Origin: an uncultured Rhizobium sp.
GTDB taxonomy: Bacteria; Pseudomonadota; Alphaproteobacteria; Rickettsiales; UBA1997
Assembly (NCBI GenBank): GCA_964580715.1
Contig: CAZOKU010000001.1
Coordinates: forward strand, 17,310 to 81,309
Direction: 5' to 3'
Length of the DNA: 64,000 nucleotides
Part shown: piece after piece, positions 33,372-42,084 of the stretch
Numbering within the stretch: the first letter of the stretch is position 1
How the letters are laid out: each line of letters starts with the position of its first letter
Notes under the pieces: model-generated
What the model was told of the DNA's origin: nothing
The model's input: the letters and a program-made list of their open reading frames with translations, nothing else
The model's database searches: none
Position numbers and translations under genes: made by a program

Positions 33372-35486
33372 TCATAACTGCACCTCGTCATCGCTAAGAA
33401 TCCAGACTGCAGGATTTTCAACTGGAAGAACTGCTCCAGTCTTTGTGCATTTAAAATGGCTCGGAAGAATTGGTATTTCAGCGCCATCTTTATTTTTGAA
33501 AACCATCTGTTCCACGCATAAGATACCATATTTTGACTTAACCTGTTGCAGTGAAAGTTCCGACCAATTGCGTGTGAATTTTATGTGACCCTTAGTTGCT
33601 AAAACCGAAATTCTGTCATTGATGGTAGTCTTACATCCCAGTCCAGCTTCGTTTTCAAATCTTTCAGAAAATTGATTTGCTGTGTAAACTTTGCCTTTTA
33701 ATGCTTCATCATAGATGAGTTGTAAAATGACATCAGCTTTACGAACTCTTTCAGCATCAAGTCTTTGACCATAATCTTGCTGAATTAATCTTTCTGAAAA
33801 CGGATTTAACTCGGTCCATTTACCATCAACTTTTTCGACAATTTTTCTTGGAATTGCGCTGCCATTTCTAAGTTCAAAATAAAGATGAATTTTAGAATCC
33901 ATTTCATCAGGACGATGCAAAATCAAACCAGTAGTGTAAAAACTTCTCAAACTTCCGGCACCGGAAAACGCTTGAAACGGATCGTCTTCTAAATCCTTCT
34001 TTTTGATTTTTTTTGTATGGTGACAAAGAATCACGCCCATGTCGGGATTGAGCATTGATCTCAATTTTTCCACTCTGTTTTGCAGGAAAAATAACATAGC
34101 ATTATTGTCATTTTCTGATCCTTCAGCGCCGCCATCAAAAATATTGCGGATTGGGTCAATGCAAATGATGTCAGGAGGTTGATCAGGAAAATAATGTTTG
34201 ATTGTACGGTAAGCAGATTCAACACCTTGATCATTTAAAATCATTTGAACTCGTGAGGTGATGATCAGATTCTGAGAAGATTTAAAAACTATTTCTTCCC
34301 CGATTTTTAATTTTTTGATACGCTCGCGAATATAGTGGTAACCGATCTCAGCTTGAAGATAAAAAATTTTAAGTGGCTTTGGTGGTTTTAATCCTAAAAA
34401 ATTTTCACCGGCAGCAAGGTGGATTAAAAAATTGATCAGAAAATCACTTTTCCCGACTTTTGGCGCACCACCAATCAACATCATTCCAGCTGGAGTCAAA
34501 AGTCTTGGAGTTATCAAATCATCCGGCATCGGGCTATTGTCGGACAAGAAATCACTGATTGAATAACTTGGTAATTTTTCATCTACTCCTTTCGCAGCTT
34601 CAAGAAAATGGTGGATGTTAAAGTTTTCTTTTACTGCATCAGCGGCATCCCATTTTTCCGGTTTTTCTTTTGCAGGATTTGCAATTGATACAAAGGACGC
34701 AACTTTAACCAAATGCTGTGCGACTTTTTGTGCGTAGTCTTTTCCAGCATCATCATTATCAGGCCAAATTATTACTTCTTTGCCAATCAGCGGCGACCAA
34801 TCAGTTTTGTTGATTGGCGCGTTTGCACCAAACATTGCGGTTGTTGCAGTGAGTCCATAAGCAATTAAACTGTCGGCAGATTTTTCACCTTCAACAAGAA
34901 TAATTTTTTTTGCGGCGACTATTCCTGGAATGTTGTAAAGCGGTCGTGGATCAGGAGATTTAGCTTTGCGATTTTTCACATCCCAAACTCTGAATTCTTT
35001 TCCATCTTCAGTGTCGTAGCGATAAACGCAGGCGATCAGCTTATTGTTTTTATCAAAGTAATCCCACTTAGCAGTTGGTTTGCCGAGATCATCTGTAAAA
35101 TTACGTTGAATAGTTTTTTGCTGAATTTCAGAAGAGACAGGATTGCCAAGCCACTGACTAATTTCGGCGAGAAGTTTGTTGAATTCTGATTTGTGATAAT
35201 TTCCGACAAATTCCCAAAGCGTAAAAATATCTCCGCCTTTGTTTTCAGCAAAATCAAACCATTGTCCTTGCTTTTCACCGGCAAGTTGAACGATCAAACT
35301 TTTTCCTGCTTCGCCTTTGATGTTGCCAATGTGAAAGCAGTTATTTTTGATGTGACCATTTGGCAGAAGATAAAATAAAACATCTTCAATTCTGTTAAGT
35401 AGTGCTTTCCTGATCAATTCAACATCAATTTTTACATTCTCTTTTTGCTGATTATCGGCGTTGTTAAAATCTAGAGGTTGGTTCAT
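33372..35486 (-). CDS. TOPRIM primase fused to RecA-fold (DnaB/RepA-like, AAA_25-type) helicase
   Basis: TOPRIM motifs LVEGEKSADSL and IWPDNDDAGKDYA, plus the P-loop GGAPKVGKSDF. Start set at ATG 35486, which forms an ATGA overlap with the upstream stop. Confidence 0.85.
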   Translation of the reverse strand: MNQPLDFNNADNQQKENVKIDVELIRKALLNRIEDVLFYLLPNGHIKNNCFHIGNIKGEAGKSLIVQLAGEKQGQWFDFAENKGGDIFTLWEFVGNYHKSEFNKLLAEISQWLGNPVSSEIQQKTIQRNFTDDLGKPTAKWDYFDKNNKLIACVYRYDTEDGKEFRVWDVKNRKAKSPDPRPLYNIPGIVAAKKIILVEGEKSADSLIAYGLTATTAMFGANAPINKTDWSPLIGKEVIIWPDNDDAGKDYAQKVAQHLVKVASFVSIANPAKEKPEKWDAADAVKENFNIHHFLEAAKGVDEKLPSYSISDFLSDNSPMPDDLITPRLLTPAGMMLIGGAPKVGKSDFLINFLIHLAAGENFLGLKPPKPLKIFYLQAEIGYHYIRERIKKLKIGEEIVFKSSQNLIITSRVQMILNDQGVESAYRTIKHYFPDQPPDIICIDPIRNIFDGGAEGSENDNNAMLFFLQNRVEKLRSMLNPDMGVILCHHTKKIKKKDLEDDPFQAFSGAGSLRSFYTTGLILHRPDEMDSKIHLYFELRNGSAIPRKIVEKVDGKWTELNPFSERLIQQDYGQRLDAERVRKADVILQLIYDEALKGKVYTANQFSERFENEAGLGCKTTINDRISVLATKGHIKFTRNWSELSLQQVKSKYGILCVEQMVFKNKDGAEIPILPSHFKCTKTGAVLPVENPAVWILSDDEVQL

Positions 35487-36241
35487 ACATTCAACCTCCA
35501 GCAACGCTGTTGCCAAGGACAGAATTTACACTCAAAGTGTGTTGAATCTGTTGCGATTCTTGGAAGTAATTCGTGAGCTTCAGTAGCGCATAAAATTTTT
35601 ACTGCTCTATCACTACTTTTTTGTGCGAGTTCTTGATCAAAAGGAATTAACTCAAAATGAATTTCTGCGGTGTCTTTGTTAATCGCTGTGAAGAGAGCAG
35701 GATTTTTACAAATGCCTTCGATTTGGCTTTCCATGTAGGCTTGGTAAATTGCCACTTGCGCCGCATAAATTGGTTTTGAGATAACCAAACCTTTTTTAAC
35801 AACATCTTTCCACGATTTGTCATTGAGTGATTTGCATTCCCAAAGCATCGGAAATTTGAACTCAAGATCTACTGGAGCATCAATAATAACACCATCAATA
35901 TGACCTTTAACTTTGCCACCAGCGACAGTAAATCCGAATTGATTTCCGTTTTGTTTTTGTGTTACGAGATTAATTCCAGCAAGCCTCAACCACTTAATCA
36001 TCAATTCTTCAAACACATGTCCTGCTTGAAAAATTCTTAAAATTTTTCCGCTGAAATTCTGATCTTCATCTTTGGGCGTTTCGGTATATTCAAACTGCAA
36101 AGCACGATCACAAGATACGCCCAGCCTTGATGCGCCGAGATAATCACGAGGAGTTTGTTTCGATTGTTCTACTGTCAGCGCTTTGTCGATCAGCAGATTT
36201 ATTTTTTCTGAAATTTTTGGTCGGTGATTAAAATCTAACAT
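35483..36241 (-). CDS. PD-(D/E)XK exonuclease, Cas4/RecB-like with C-terminal Cys cluster
   Basis: HIDGVI...MLWECKS (D...ExK), QVAIYQAY (QxxxY) and CKFCPWQQRC. Confidence 0.8.
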   Translation of the reverse strand: MLDFNHRPKISEKINLLIDKALTVEQSKQTPRDYLGASRLGVSCDRALQFEYTETPKDEDQNFSGKILRIFQAGHVFEELMIKWLRLAGINLVTQKQNGNQFGFTVAGGKVKGHIDGVIIDAPVDLEFKFPMLWECKSLNDKSWKDVVKKGLVISKPIYAAQVAIYQAYMESQIEGICKNPALFTAINKDTAEIHFELIPFDQELAQKSSDRAVKILCATEAHELLPRIATDSTHFECKFCPWQQRCWRLNV

Positions 36242-36600
36242 GGCACCTCCAACATTTCTGTTTCGGTTTCTTTGCTTTGCATAAAGTCAAAATAAGCACC
36301 AAGTGCCACTTCAATTAAACACAAAACTTCTTCTCTTGAATAACTTGAGAGTGGACGATCCATGCCAATTTCTGTTACATATTCACCGACTGGTTTTAAT
36401 GCAGATTCAATGGCTTCTTTTTCGTTTTTGGTTAGGTCTATCATATTTTTTTCTTTATAATTTTTGCTAAAAATTTCCTGACATCTCATAGAGCAAAAGT
36501 GCTTCATCATTTTGCGATTTCTTGGATCGCCAGCGCGCAGCGGAGGAGGAATAAAACCAAAACCACCAGCTTCTCTTTTGCAGATAAAACAAACTCTCAT
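36235..36600 (-). CDS. DUF6511-like phage protein (N-terminal zinc-ribbon-like Cys pairs)
   Basis: CFICKREAGGFGF...FCSMRCQ, then LTKNEKEAIESALKPVGEYVTEIG....LSSYSREEV. Confidence 0.55.
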   Translation of the reverse strand: MRVCFICKREAGGFGFIPPPLRAGDPRNRKMMKHFCSMRCQEIFSKNYKEKNMIDLTKNEKEAIESALKPVGEYVTEIGMDRPLSSYSREEVLCLIEVALGAYFDFMQSKETETEMLEVPC

Positions 36601-38294
36601 GTGCTACCTCCCACATGTCTTTTGGCATCAGCCTCGAACAGCAATTTCTGGATGGAGATTTTGTTGAAGTAGAATTTTAGAAGATTGGCGGCTTTATATT
36701 TCGTGATGCTGTAGTCGTTGCGATATTGATGAGGTAAGCATTGTAACTGCCTTGTTGATGCAGTTTGTTTTAGCCAACTTTTTGATTTGTGTGCGTTATC
36801 AGCAGTTTCATTTTCGTTGAGAAAATCATCAGCTTGCGCGAGGCAAATTTCTTGAGATCCAAAGCTCAAAATTTTAATTCCAAACTCAGTTCCACCAAGT
36901 GAATACCAGTGATCGTTTAAGAAAAATATTCCAGCAAAGGCGTTAAATCCTGAAGCCATCAAAGCAGCACCATCACCAAAAATATCACACCATTCAAAGT
37001 TTGATCTTTGTGTCAGCAGATCAATTTCCGACATGGTAAATCCAGACAATTCGCCGATCGATGGGGCATCTTCTTCTTTTGTGAAAAACTCGTAATCACA
37101 GAGTGGACAAGTGTTTGATGCCGAAGGAATAAGCATCGAGCATGAAGGGCATTCTTTTTGGAATCTTGGATCAGGTTTCTTTTTCGTTTGTTGTGCCTTC
37201 TCAAGATCAACATCAACTTCAAGAGAACCGTGTATTAGGCTTGAAGTTCCAAAATCTAAAATGATGCAATCTTCTTTGACGACTTCTGGATAAAGATCAG
37301 AATCAACTACGCGAAGTCCGCGCCCGATCATTTGAATCATCGTGGATTTAAATGAAGAGGGACGAAGCAGAATAACACATGAAGTTGGTTGATAATCCCA
37401 CCCCTCAGTAAGCACAGCCACATTGACGATCACCTGTGCATCGCCTTGTTCAAATTCAGCTAAAACATTTTTTCTTTCTGCATCGCTTAAATCACCGCTG
37501 ATAAAAACTGTTTTGACTGAGTGGTTGTTAAAAATTTCTGCAACCGATTTGGCGTGAGCGACAGTTGAACAAAAAATTACAGTCTTGCGATTTCCCGCGA
37601 GTTCCTGCCATTTAACAAAAACTTCTTCAATGATCGGAAGTTTGTTCATGATTTTTTCAACTGCACCCATGTCAAAATCACCAGCGGTTTTTTTGACTTT
37701 TTTCAGTTCATTTTGTGTACCAACATCAATGATGTAAGTGTGTGGACGCACCAAATGACCAGATGCAACCAACTCAGAAATTTTAATCTGATCAGCAACA
37801 TTGGAAAAAATAGCACCTAAATTTTTTTTATCGCCGCGACTTGGTGTGGCAGTTACGCCGTAAATTAGAACAGACGGATTTTTATCTTTTACTTCTTTGA
37901 CGATATTGCGATAGCTGGAGGAAACGCAGTGGTGTCCTTCATCAATTGCCAAAATATCAATTGCCGGAATCAGACTTAAATTTTCTTTGCGCGATAAGGT
38001 TTGCACCATCGCGAAAACTGCCTGACCAGCAAAAGATTTGGTCTTGGCATCAAAAATAGAAGTGCTTACCCCTGGATTTATTCGCAAAAACTTTTCCTGA
38101 TTTTGTGAAGTTAATTCATCACGATGGGCAAGAATTAAAGCTTTGCTTTTAGTTTTAAGGAACTCACCAACAACGGCAGAAAACATGAGTGTTTTTCCTG
38201 CACCTGTTGGCGCAATGCCAAGAGTGTTACCATGCTTTTCTAGAGCAGTAACACTTCGGCACACAAACTCCTGTTGTCTTTTGCGAAGAATCAT
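36597..38294 (-). CDS. SF2 DEAD/DEAH-box helicase
   Basis: APTGAGKT (motif I), DEGHH (motif II), VTATP (motif III), and the later QMIGRGLR. A Cys-pair zinc ribbon lies in the C-terminal part. Confidence 0.85.
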   Translation of the reverse strand: MILRKRQQEFVCRSVTALEKHGNTLGIAPTGAGKTLMFSAVVGEFLKTKSKALILAHRDELTSQNQEKFLRINPGVSTSIFDAKTKSFAGQAVFAMVQTLSRKENLSLIPAIDILAIDEGHHCVSSSYRNIVKEVKDKNPSVLIYGVTATPSRGDKKNLGAIFSNVADQIKISELVASGHLVRPHTYIIDVGTQNELKKVKKTAGDFDMGAVEKIMNKLPIIEEVFVKWQELAGNRKTVIFCSTVAHAKSVAEIFNNHSVKTVFISGDLSDAERKNVLAEFEQGDAQVIVNVAVLTEGWDYQPTSCVILLRPSSFKSTMIQMIGRGLRVVDSDLYPEVVKEDCIILDFGTSSLIHGSLEVDVDLEKAQQTKKKPDPRFQKECPSCSMLIPSASNTCPLCDYEFFTKEEDAPSIGELSGFTMSEIDLLTQRSNFEWCDIFGDGAALMASGFNAFAGIFFLNDHWYSLGGTEFGIKILSFGSQEICLAQADDFLNENETADNAHKSKSWLKQTASTRQLQCLPHQYRNDYSITKYKAANLLKFYFNKISIQKLLFEADAKRHVGGST

Positions 38295-38308
38295 GGTCGT
38301 ATCTCAAT

Positions 38309-38872
38309 CTATCTGGCCCAGGCCGGACGATTGTTGGTATTACTCGCTGTGGCTTTTGCTGCCACCGATACAACATTTCCCATAATTGCTTGATAATCCT
38401 TATGATCAGGAGTTATCGCAAAACGAATTTCATTTTTTAATTCTTCATTTTGATCTTTTTTGATTGTGATTTTGGCAACAAACTCGATGCCATCGAGGTC
38501 AGCAAAACCATTAATTTTTCTAGCATTTTGTGCTTGAGATGAGTTGTCATTTTCAGAAACTCCACGAGCAGAATTAAGAATCGCTTTAATGAATGAACGA
38601 CCTATATTTTCCCATTCTGGTCCCTTATTGCTGAAAAGTCCGATTAATCCCCAAACTTTACGTTTAGCATATTCACCTTCAAGAATGACAAATTCACATG
38701 ATAAATAAATTGAACCAGTTTTATCATTCTTTGTTGCATAACCACCAATCCAGCCTTGGCTTTGATCGTCATAGCCACCTGGCTTAATTGACATTCTAAC
38801 TTTAGCCAGAGTGTTGTTCGGGATGAGATCAAAATTTGATTGGTTTTCGCTGTTGTTAAAATCCATAGACAT
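38309..38872 (-). CDS. DUF669-like phage protein (possible ssDNA-binding partner)
   Basis: Sits between the AAA_24 ATPase and the helicase, the usual DUF669 slot. N-terminal F.LIP.......V pattern. Confidence 0.55.
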   Translation of the reverse strand: MSMDFNNSENQSNFDLIPNNTLAKVRMSIKPGGYDDQSQGWIGGYATKNDKTGSIYLSCEFVILEGEYAKRKVWGLIGLFSNKGPEWENIGRSFIKAILNSARGVSENDNSSQAQNARKINGFADLDGIEFVAKITIKKDQNEELKNEIRFAITPDHKDYQAIMGNVVSVAAKATASNTNNRPAWAR

Positions 38873-38890
38873 AATTACTCCTTCTTATTT

Positions 38891-39730
38891 TTAATTATTG
38901 TTAAAATTTAAATGTTCGTTGATTGGCTTTGCTGCTGAGCGTATTTTTTCCATCAATCGTCCAAGATGAGGTTCTTCAATTGCTTCAAGTCTTCGTGAAC
39001 GATCTTTAGCCGGATAACCAAATTGGTTGATCGTTTGACAAATGAAGGCACGGAAAGATTTACCTTTATCTTCAAGTTGAATCTCAGCCATTGTGATCAC
39101 TTGATCAACAATGCCTGGCAGCTCCAATCCGGTTTTGCTTCCTTCAATTTGTGGCTGGAAATATTTGCGGTTAAAATCATCAAGCTTTTCATCGAGGATC
39201 CCGACAAACCAAATGTTCTTAGCGCGCGTGTGTTGAAGATGAGTGAGCCATCCGATCATTTCGCGACCATGTAAACCATAAGCTCCGCGAGTATCCGGCT
39301 TTCCCGACTTCTCGCTAAAGCTTTCAGGTTGTCCTTGGCAATATCCAAAACACAAACGACCAGCGACTGTTATGCTGTCGATGAAAATTGTGTCGTATTT
39401 ATCAAGGATTGAGGGCTCACCGAACTTTTGACAAACTTCGTCATAGTGCGCTTGAGAGAATTTTTGATCAGGGCGAAGCGCGCGGTTTGGTCCGCCGATG
39501 AAAACTGCAAAGTCGCAACATTCTTGCCATGTTTTTGGTCTGATTGTGTCACCTTGCCAGCCTTCAACTGCCAAGTCGCCAGCTTCAAGATCAAAGAAAA
39601 GAGTGGTTTTTGGGTCTAAAGTCCAAAGCAAAGAAGTTTTTCCGATGCCGGATTTTCCAAAGATGCAGCCTTTGATTCCTTTGGTTTCTTTTAAGCGTTC
39701 ATCAGCACTAATAATTGGAAGACTACTCAT
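38891..39730 (-). CDS. AAA_24-type ATPase (Sak4-like RecA-fold recombination protein)
   Basis: P-loop IFGKSGIGKTSL near the N-terminus. Size and neighbourhood are typical. Confidence 0.8.
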   Translation of the reverse strand: MSSLPIISADERLKETKGIKGCIFGKSGIGKTSLLWTLDPKTTLFFDLEAGDLAVEGWQGDTIRPKTWQECCDFAVFIGGPNRALRPDQKFSQAHYDEVCQKFGEPSILDKYDTIFIDSITVAGRLCFGYCQGQPESFSEKSGKPDTRGAYGLHGREMIGWLTHLQHTRAKNIWFVGILDEKLDDFNRKYFQPQIEGSKTGLELPGIVDQVITMAEIQLEDKGKSFRAFICQTINQFGYPAKDRSRRLEAIEEPHLGRLMEKIRSAAKPINEHLNFNNN

Positions 39731-40211
39731 GGTTGCCTCCTTCAGCTAGTAACTGAATCTTAAAAGTTTCTGCACCAGTTTTTAGAAGACGCGCCGGTTT
39801 AAAAATATTTTTTATATGTTCTGGCCAAGCAGTGTATTTGGTTTCAGAAATTTTGTAGGAGGTTTCGACATATTCATCAGGATTGTCGCCATGCCTTCTG
39901 ATAGCAGTTACAACATCTTTTAATCTATCCTGATTCCATTCAACTTTTTTTGCCAAAACAGAAGTGATTTTGTAATCACCATCTGTAAAATTGACTGTAC
40001 CGGTATCCTTAGAATCAAGTTTGCGAAGGTTGGAAGCAATATCGCGATATTTAAAAGCAATAGTGTTATCCATCCATTCCTTAAGCATTTTTGCTTTCTG
40101 CAAATGCTGTGCTGCTTGTTCCTGAAGCGATAATAATTCTTCCGGAGATAGTTTTGATAAAGTTCCAACCGGAATATTTGGAACTTGTGCTAATGTAATT
40201 TTATCCTTCAT
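39723..40211 (-). CDS. hypothetical coiled-coil phage protein (possibly Gp157-like)
   Basis: Start set at ATG 40211 (MKDKITLAQV...). The longer ORF-track version would overlap the whole upstream HTH gene. Confidence 0.5.
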   Translation of the reverse strand: MKDKITLAQVPNIPVGTLSKLSPEELLSLQEQAAQHLQKAKMLKEWMDNTIAFKYRDIASNLRKLDSKDTGTVNFTDGDYKITSVLAKKVEWNQDRLKDVVTAIRRHGDNPDEYVETSYKISETKYTAWPEHIKNIFKPARLLKTGAETFKIQLLAEGGNHE

Positions 40212-40416
40212 GACGCACCTCCTGAGCTTTTGATTTTTTATCAAGAGAGCCTTCATCCTCATATTTCTTAATAGCAGCTTCGGAATATCTAACTCTGCCA
40301 CCAAATTTAACATATTCAGGACCATCGCCACTAGCGCGCCAGCGCTGCAATGTTTTTTCAGAAATACCCCATTTTTTGGCGACATATTTCTCGGAGTGAT
40401 AATTTTCTTTTGTCAT
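40201..40416 (-). CDS. small HTH DNA-binding protein (excisionase/MerR-like HTH_17; Cro-like position)
   Basis: VAKKWGISEKTLQRWRASGDGPEYVKFGGRVRYSEAAIKKYE. First gene of the replication operon. Confidence 0.7.
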   Translation of the reverse strand: MTKENYHSEKYVAKKWGISEKTLQRWRASGDGPEYVKFGGRVRYSEAAIKKYEDEGSLDKKSKAQEVRHEG

Positions 40417-40429
40417 TTGTGCTTTGCGT

Positions 40430-40455
40430 TAATTGATAAAAATCCAAATCAATTA
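40430..40455. promoter_or_regulatory. inverted repeat TAATTGAT-N10-ATCAATTA just upstream of the HTH gene start
   Basis: Perfect 8-bp arms, beginning 14 nt upstream of start codon 40416. Confidence 0.5.
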
Positions 40456-40505
40456 GAACCAAAAATGGTCACTGATTTGACTTGCACAAAGTTAGAGAGT
40501 GGGGG

Positions 40506-40544
40506 GTATAAAAATCGGTATAGCTATGGTATGAAAAGCGGTAT
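40506..40544 (-). promoter_or_regulatory. 39-bp bipartite element (copy 1): ATACCGCTTTTCATAC-cat-AGCT-ATACCGATTTTTATAC on the minus strand
   Basis: 35/39 identical to 50251..50289, including an exact 20-mer. It has the same orientation relative to the downstream small HTH gene. Confidence 0.8.
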
Positions 40545-40589
40545 GATTTTGATTTTGTTAGGGAGTTTTTAAGAAATGAGAATCTGAGT

Positions 40590-41492
40590 CTAGATATTGA
40601 GCCAGTAATATCCTTTTTTGTCGTTCTGTAAAATGTTATGGCGAATATTTTTTGAATCTGGACTTCTGAATAATGTTTTTAATTCTGTACTACTTTCAGT
40701 GACTTCTACCATTATTTCATCTTTATGTACTGGCTTTCTTGCTTTGTGTAAATATTCCAAAACATCCGCCTCTTGTTTGGTAAATCTGAAATACTCACCA
40801 TTAAAACAAGCACTGCGATAACCAATTGTAAAACCATCTTTTGATGTTTTAAATACTGCGGATTTCAGAGCGCCTTTATCAATATGAAAATTTTTCTTGT
40901 TAACAGAGAGGCAATTTTTGAGGGAAATGATTTTATTGCCGGCAATCTTTGAATTGAAGTAACTCGGAATATCGTTGCAGCTAGTCAGGATTAAACCCTG
41001 AAAAGTCGATTTTCTTTTTATAAGCACCTTTTTAATCTTATCAAAAATCTCTTCTTGTCTAATTTTTCTAGCAAAAAAAACTGGCACTTCAATATCAAGA
41101 TTAGCAACGCCAATACCCCACAACAAATTTGGCAAAATTTCTTCACAGTCTTTATCAGAAATACCAAAATCATTGCCGATATTTCTTACAATCCAGTCTA
41201 GCCTTAAATTATATTTCGTGAAATTTTCAAAAGAGACAGGAACAAATTTATTATTTTGGTCAAAATAACCAGGCTGGTTATTCCTGAAACATAAATTTTC
41301 AGCATCTCCATTTTTGTTAATGCAATAATCAAGACTATCTGTGGTAAATGCTCCATGAGCTACAAGGTTAGTCATCTCATCAGCAAAATGATTAGCTATT
41401 CGATGTGTTATTGAGGGGCTATCATTTTCACATATTTCACAAGCGAACAGAAAGGATTTTCTAGAGACTTGATTGCTTATTGTAGCAGTCAT
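40590..41492 (-). CDS. hypothetical protein (300 aa) with possible C-terminal winged-helix (OmpR/PhoB-like) segment
   Basis: Long ORF. The C-terminal FTKQEADVLEYLHKARKPVHKDEIMVEV resembles the effector-domain wHTH pattern. Remainder not recognised. Confidence 0.5.
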   Translation of the reverse strand: MTATISNQVSRKSFLFACEICENDSPSITHRIANHFADEMTNLVAHGAFTTDSLDYCINKNGDAENLCFRNNQPGYFDQNNKFVPVSFENFTKYNLRLDWIVRNIGNDFGISDKDCEEILPNLLWGIGVANLDIEVPVFFARKIRQEEIFDKIKKVLIKRKSTFQGLILTSCNDIPSYFNSKIAGNKIISLKNCLSVNKKNFHIDKGALKSAVFKTSKDGFTIGYRSACFNGEYFRFTKQEADVLEYLHKARKPVHKDEIMVEVTESSTELKTLFRSPDSKNIRHNILQNDKKGYYWLNI

Positions 41493-41530
41493 TTCGAGGA
41501 CGAAGTTTATTAACTACTAAACACGATCAT

Positions 41531-41941
41531 TCATATATTTCGCGCCTCTAATAGTCCCCAAGATTCTAAATATTTGCTAATCACAGGATGATTAATAGTG
41601 GTTTTGATATTGCTAAAATATTTTATTTTAACCGGTATCGTATTTTTCTTTTTGTTTAAAAATCCTTCGTAAAATACAATATCAATACTGATTTCTTTTA
41701 CAGCAATACAACTGGTAGAAATGTTCTTTGCTTTAATTGCATCAAATATGACTTTTTTGTTATCGTTAACAGCAAAAGAAAAATCATAACTTTCACAAGG
41801 TGAAACCACTGTAACATCTTTAATTTTTACATCTTTGATTCCATCTTTTGGATCTGTAGAAAATTTAAAATCATCAATCAATTTTTCAAAATTTTGTGAG
41901 ATGTTGAAAGATTTTCTAAATAAAACTTCATTATTATTCAT
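41531..41941 (-). CDS. hypothetical protein (136 aa), first gene leftward of the immunity region
   Basis: ORF with beta-rich composition. No motif recognised. Confidence 0.45.
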   Translation of the reverse strand: MNNNEVLFRKSFNISQNFEKLIDDFKFSTDPKDGIKDVKIKDVTVVSPCESYDFSFAVNDNKKVIFDAIKAKNISTSCIAVKEISIDIVFYEGFLNKKKNTIPVKIKYFSNIKTTINHPVISKYLESWGLLEARNI

Positions 41942-42008
41942 TGTGATACTATATTACTTGATAATAAGTCCCCGAACCGATCCTTTGGGAGGGCATAATA
42001 CGCATTGG

Positions 42009-42035
42009 ACTTGATTCTTACCACATAAATCAAGT
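42009..42035. promoter_or_regulatory. inverted repeat ACTTGATT-N11-AATCAAGT in the divergent immunity intergenic region
   Basis: Perfect 8-bp arms 50 bp upstream of the S24 gene. A third ACTTGAT half-site lies at about 41957. Confidence 0.45.
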
Positions 42036-42084
42036 TTTTTAAAACTTTTGTGGAAAATAGTGTATCATTTTAAGACAATTACAG

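Noticed and set aside
33004-33375. 123-aa ORF between the primase-helicase and the DUF6362-like gene
   Set aside because: Its sequence is the translation of the GGAAACTTG iterons and GC palindromes (repetitive KF/KL/FQ peptides). It is treated as a non-coding origin region.
35487-35516. Ten-codon N-terminal extension of the primase-helicase ORF
   Set aside because: ATG 35486 forms an ATGA stop/start overlap with the upstream nuclease gene. The extension starts at a non-ATG codon inside that gene.
40212-40385. Long (220-aa) version of ORF 39723..40385
   Set aside because: It would overlap almost the whole HTH gene in another frame. ATG 40211 gives a sensible 162-aa protein with an 11-nt overlap.
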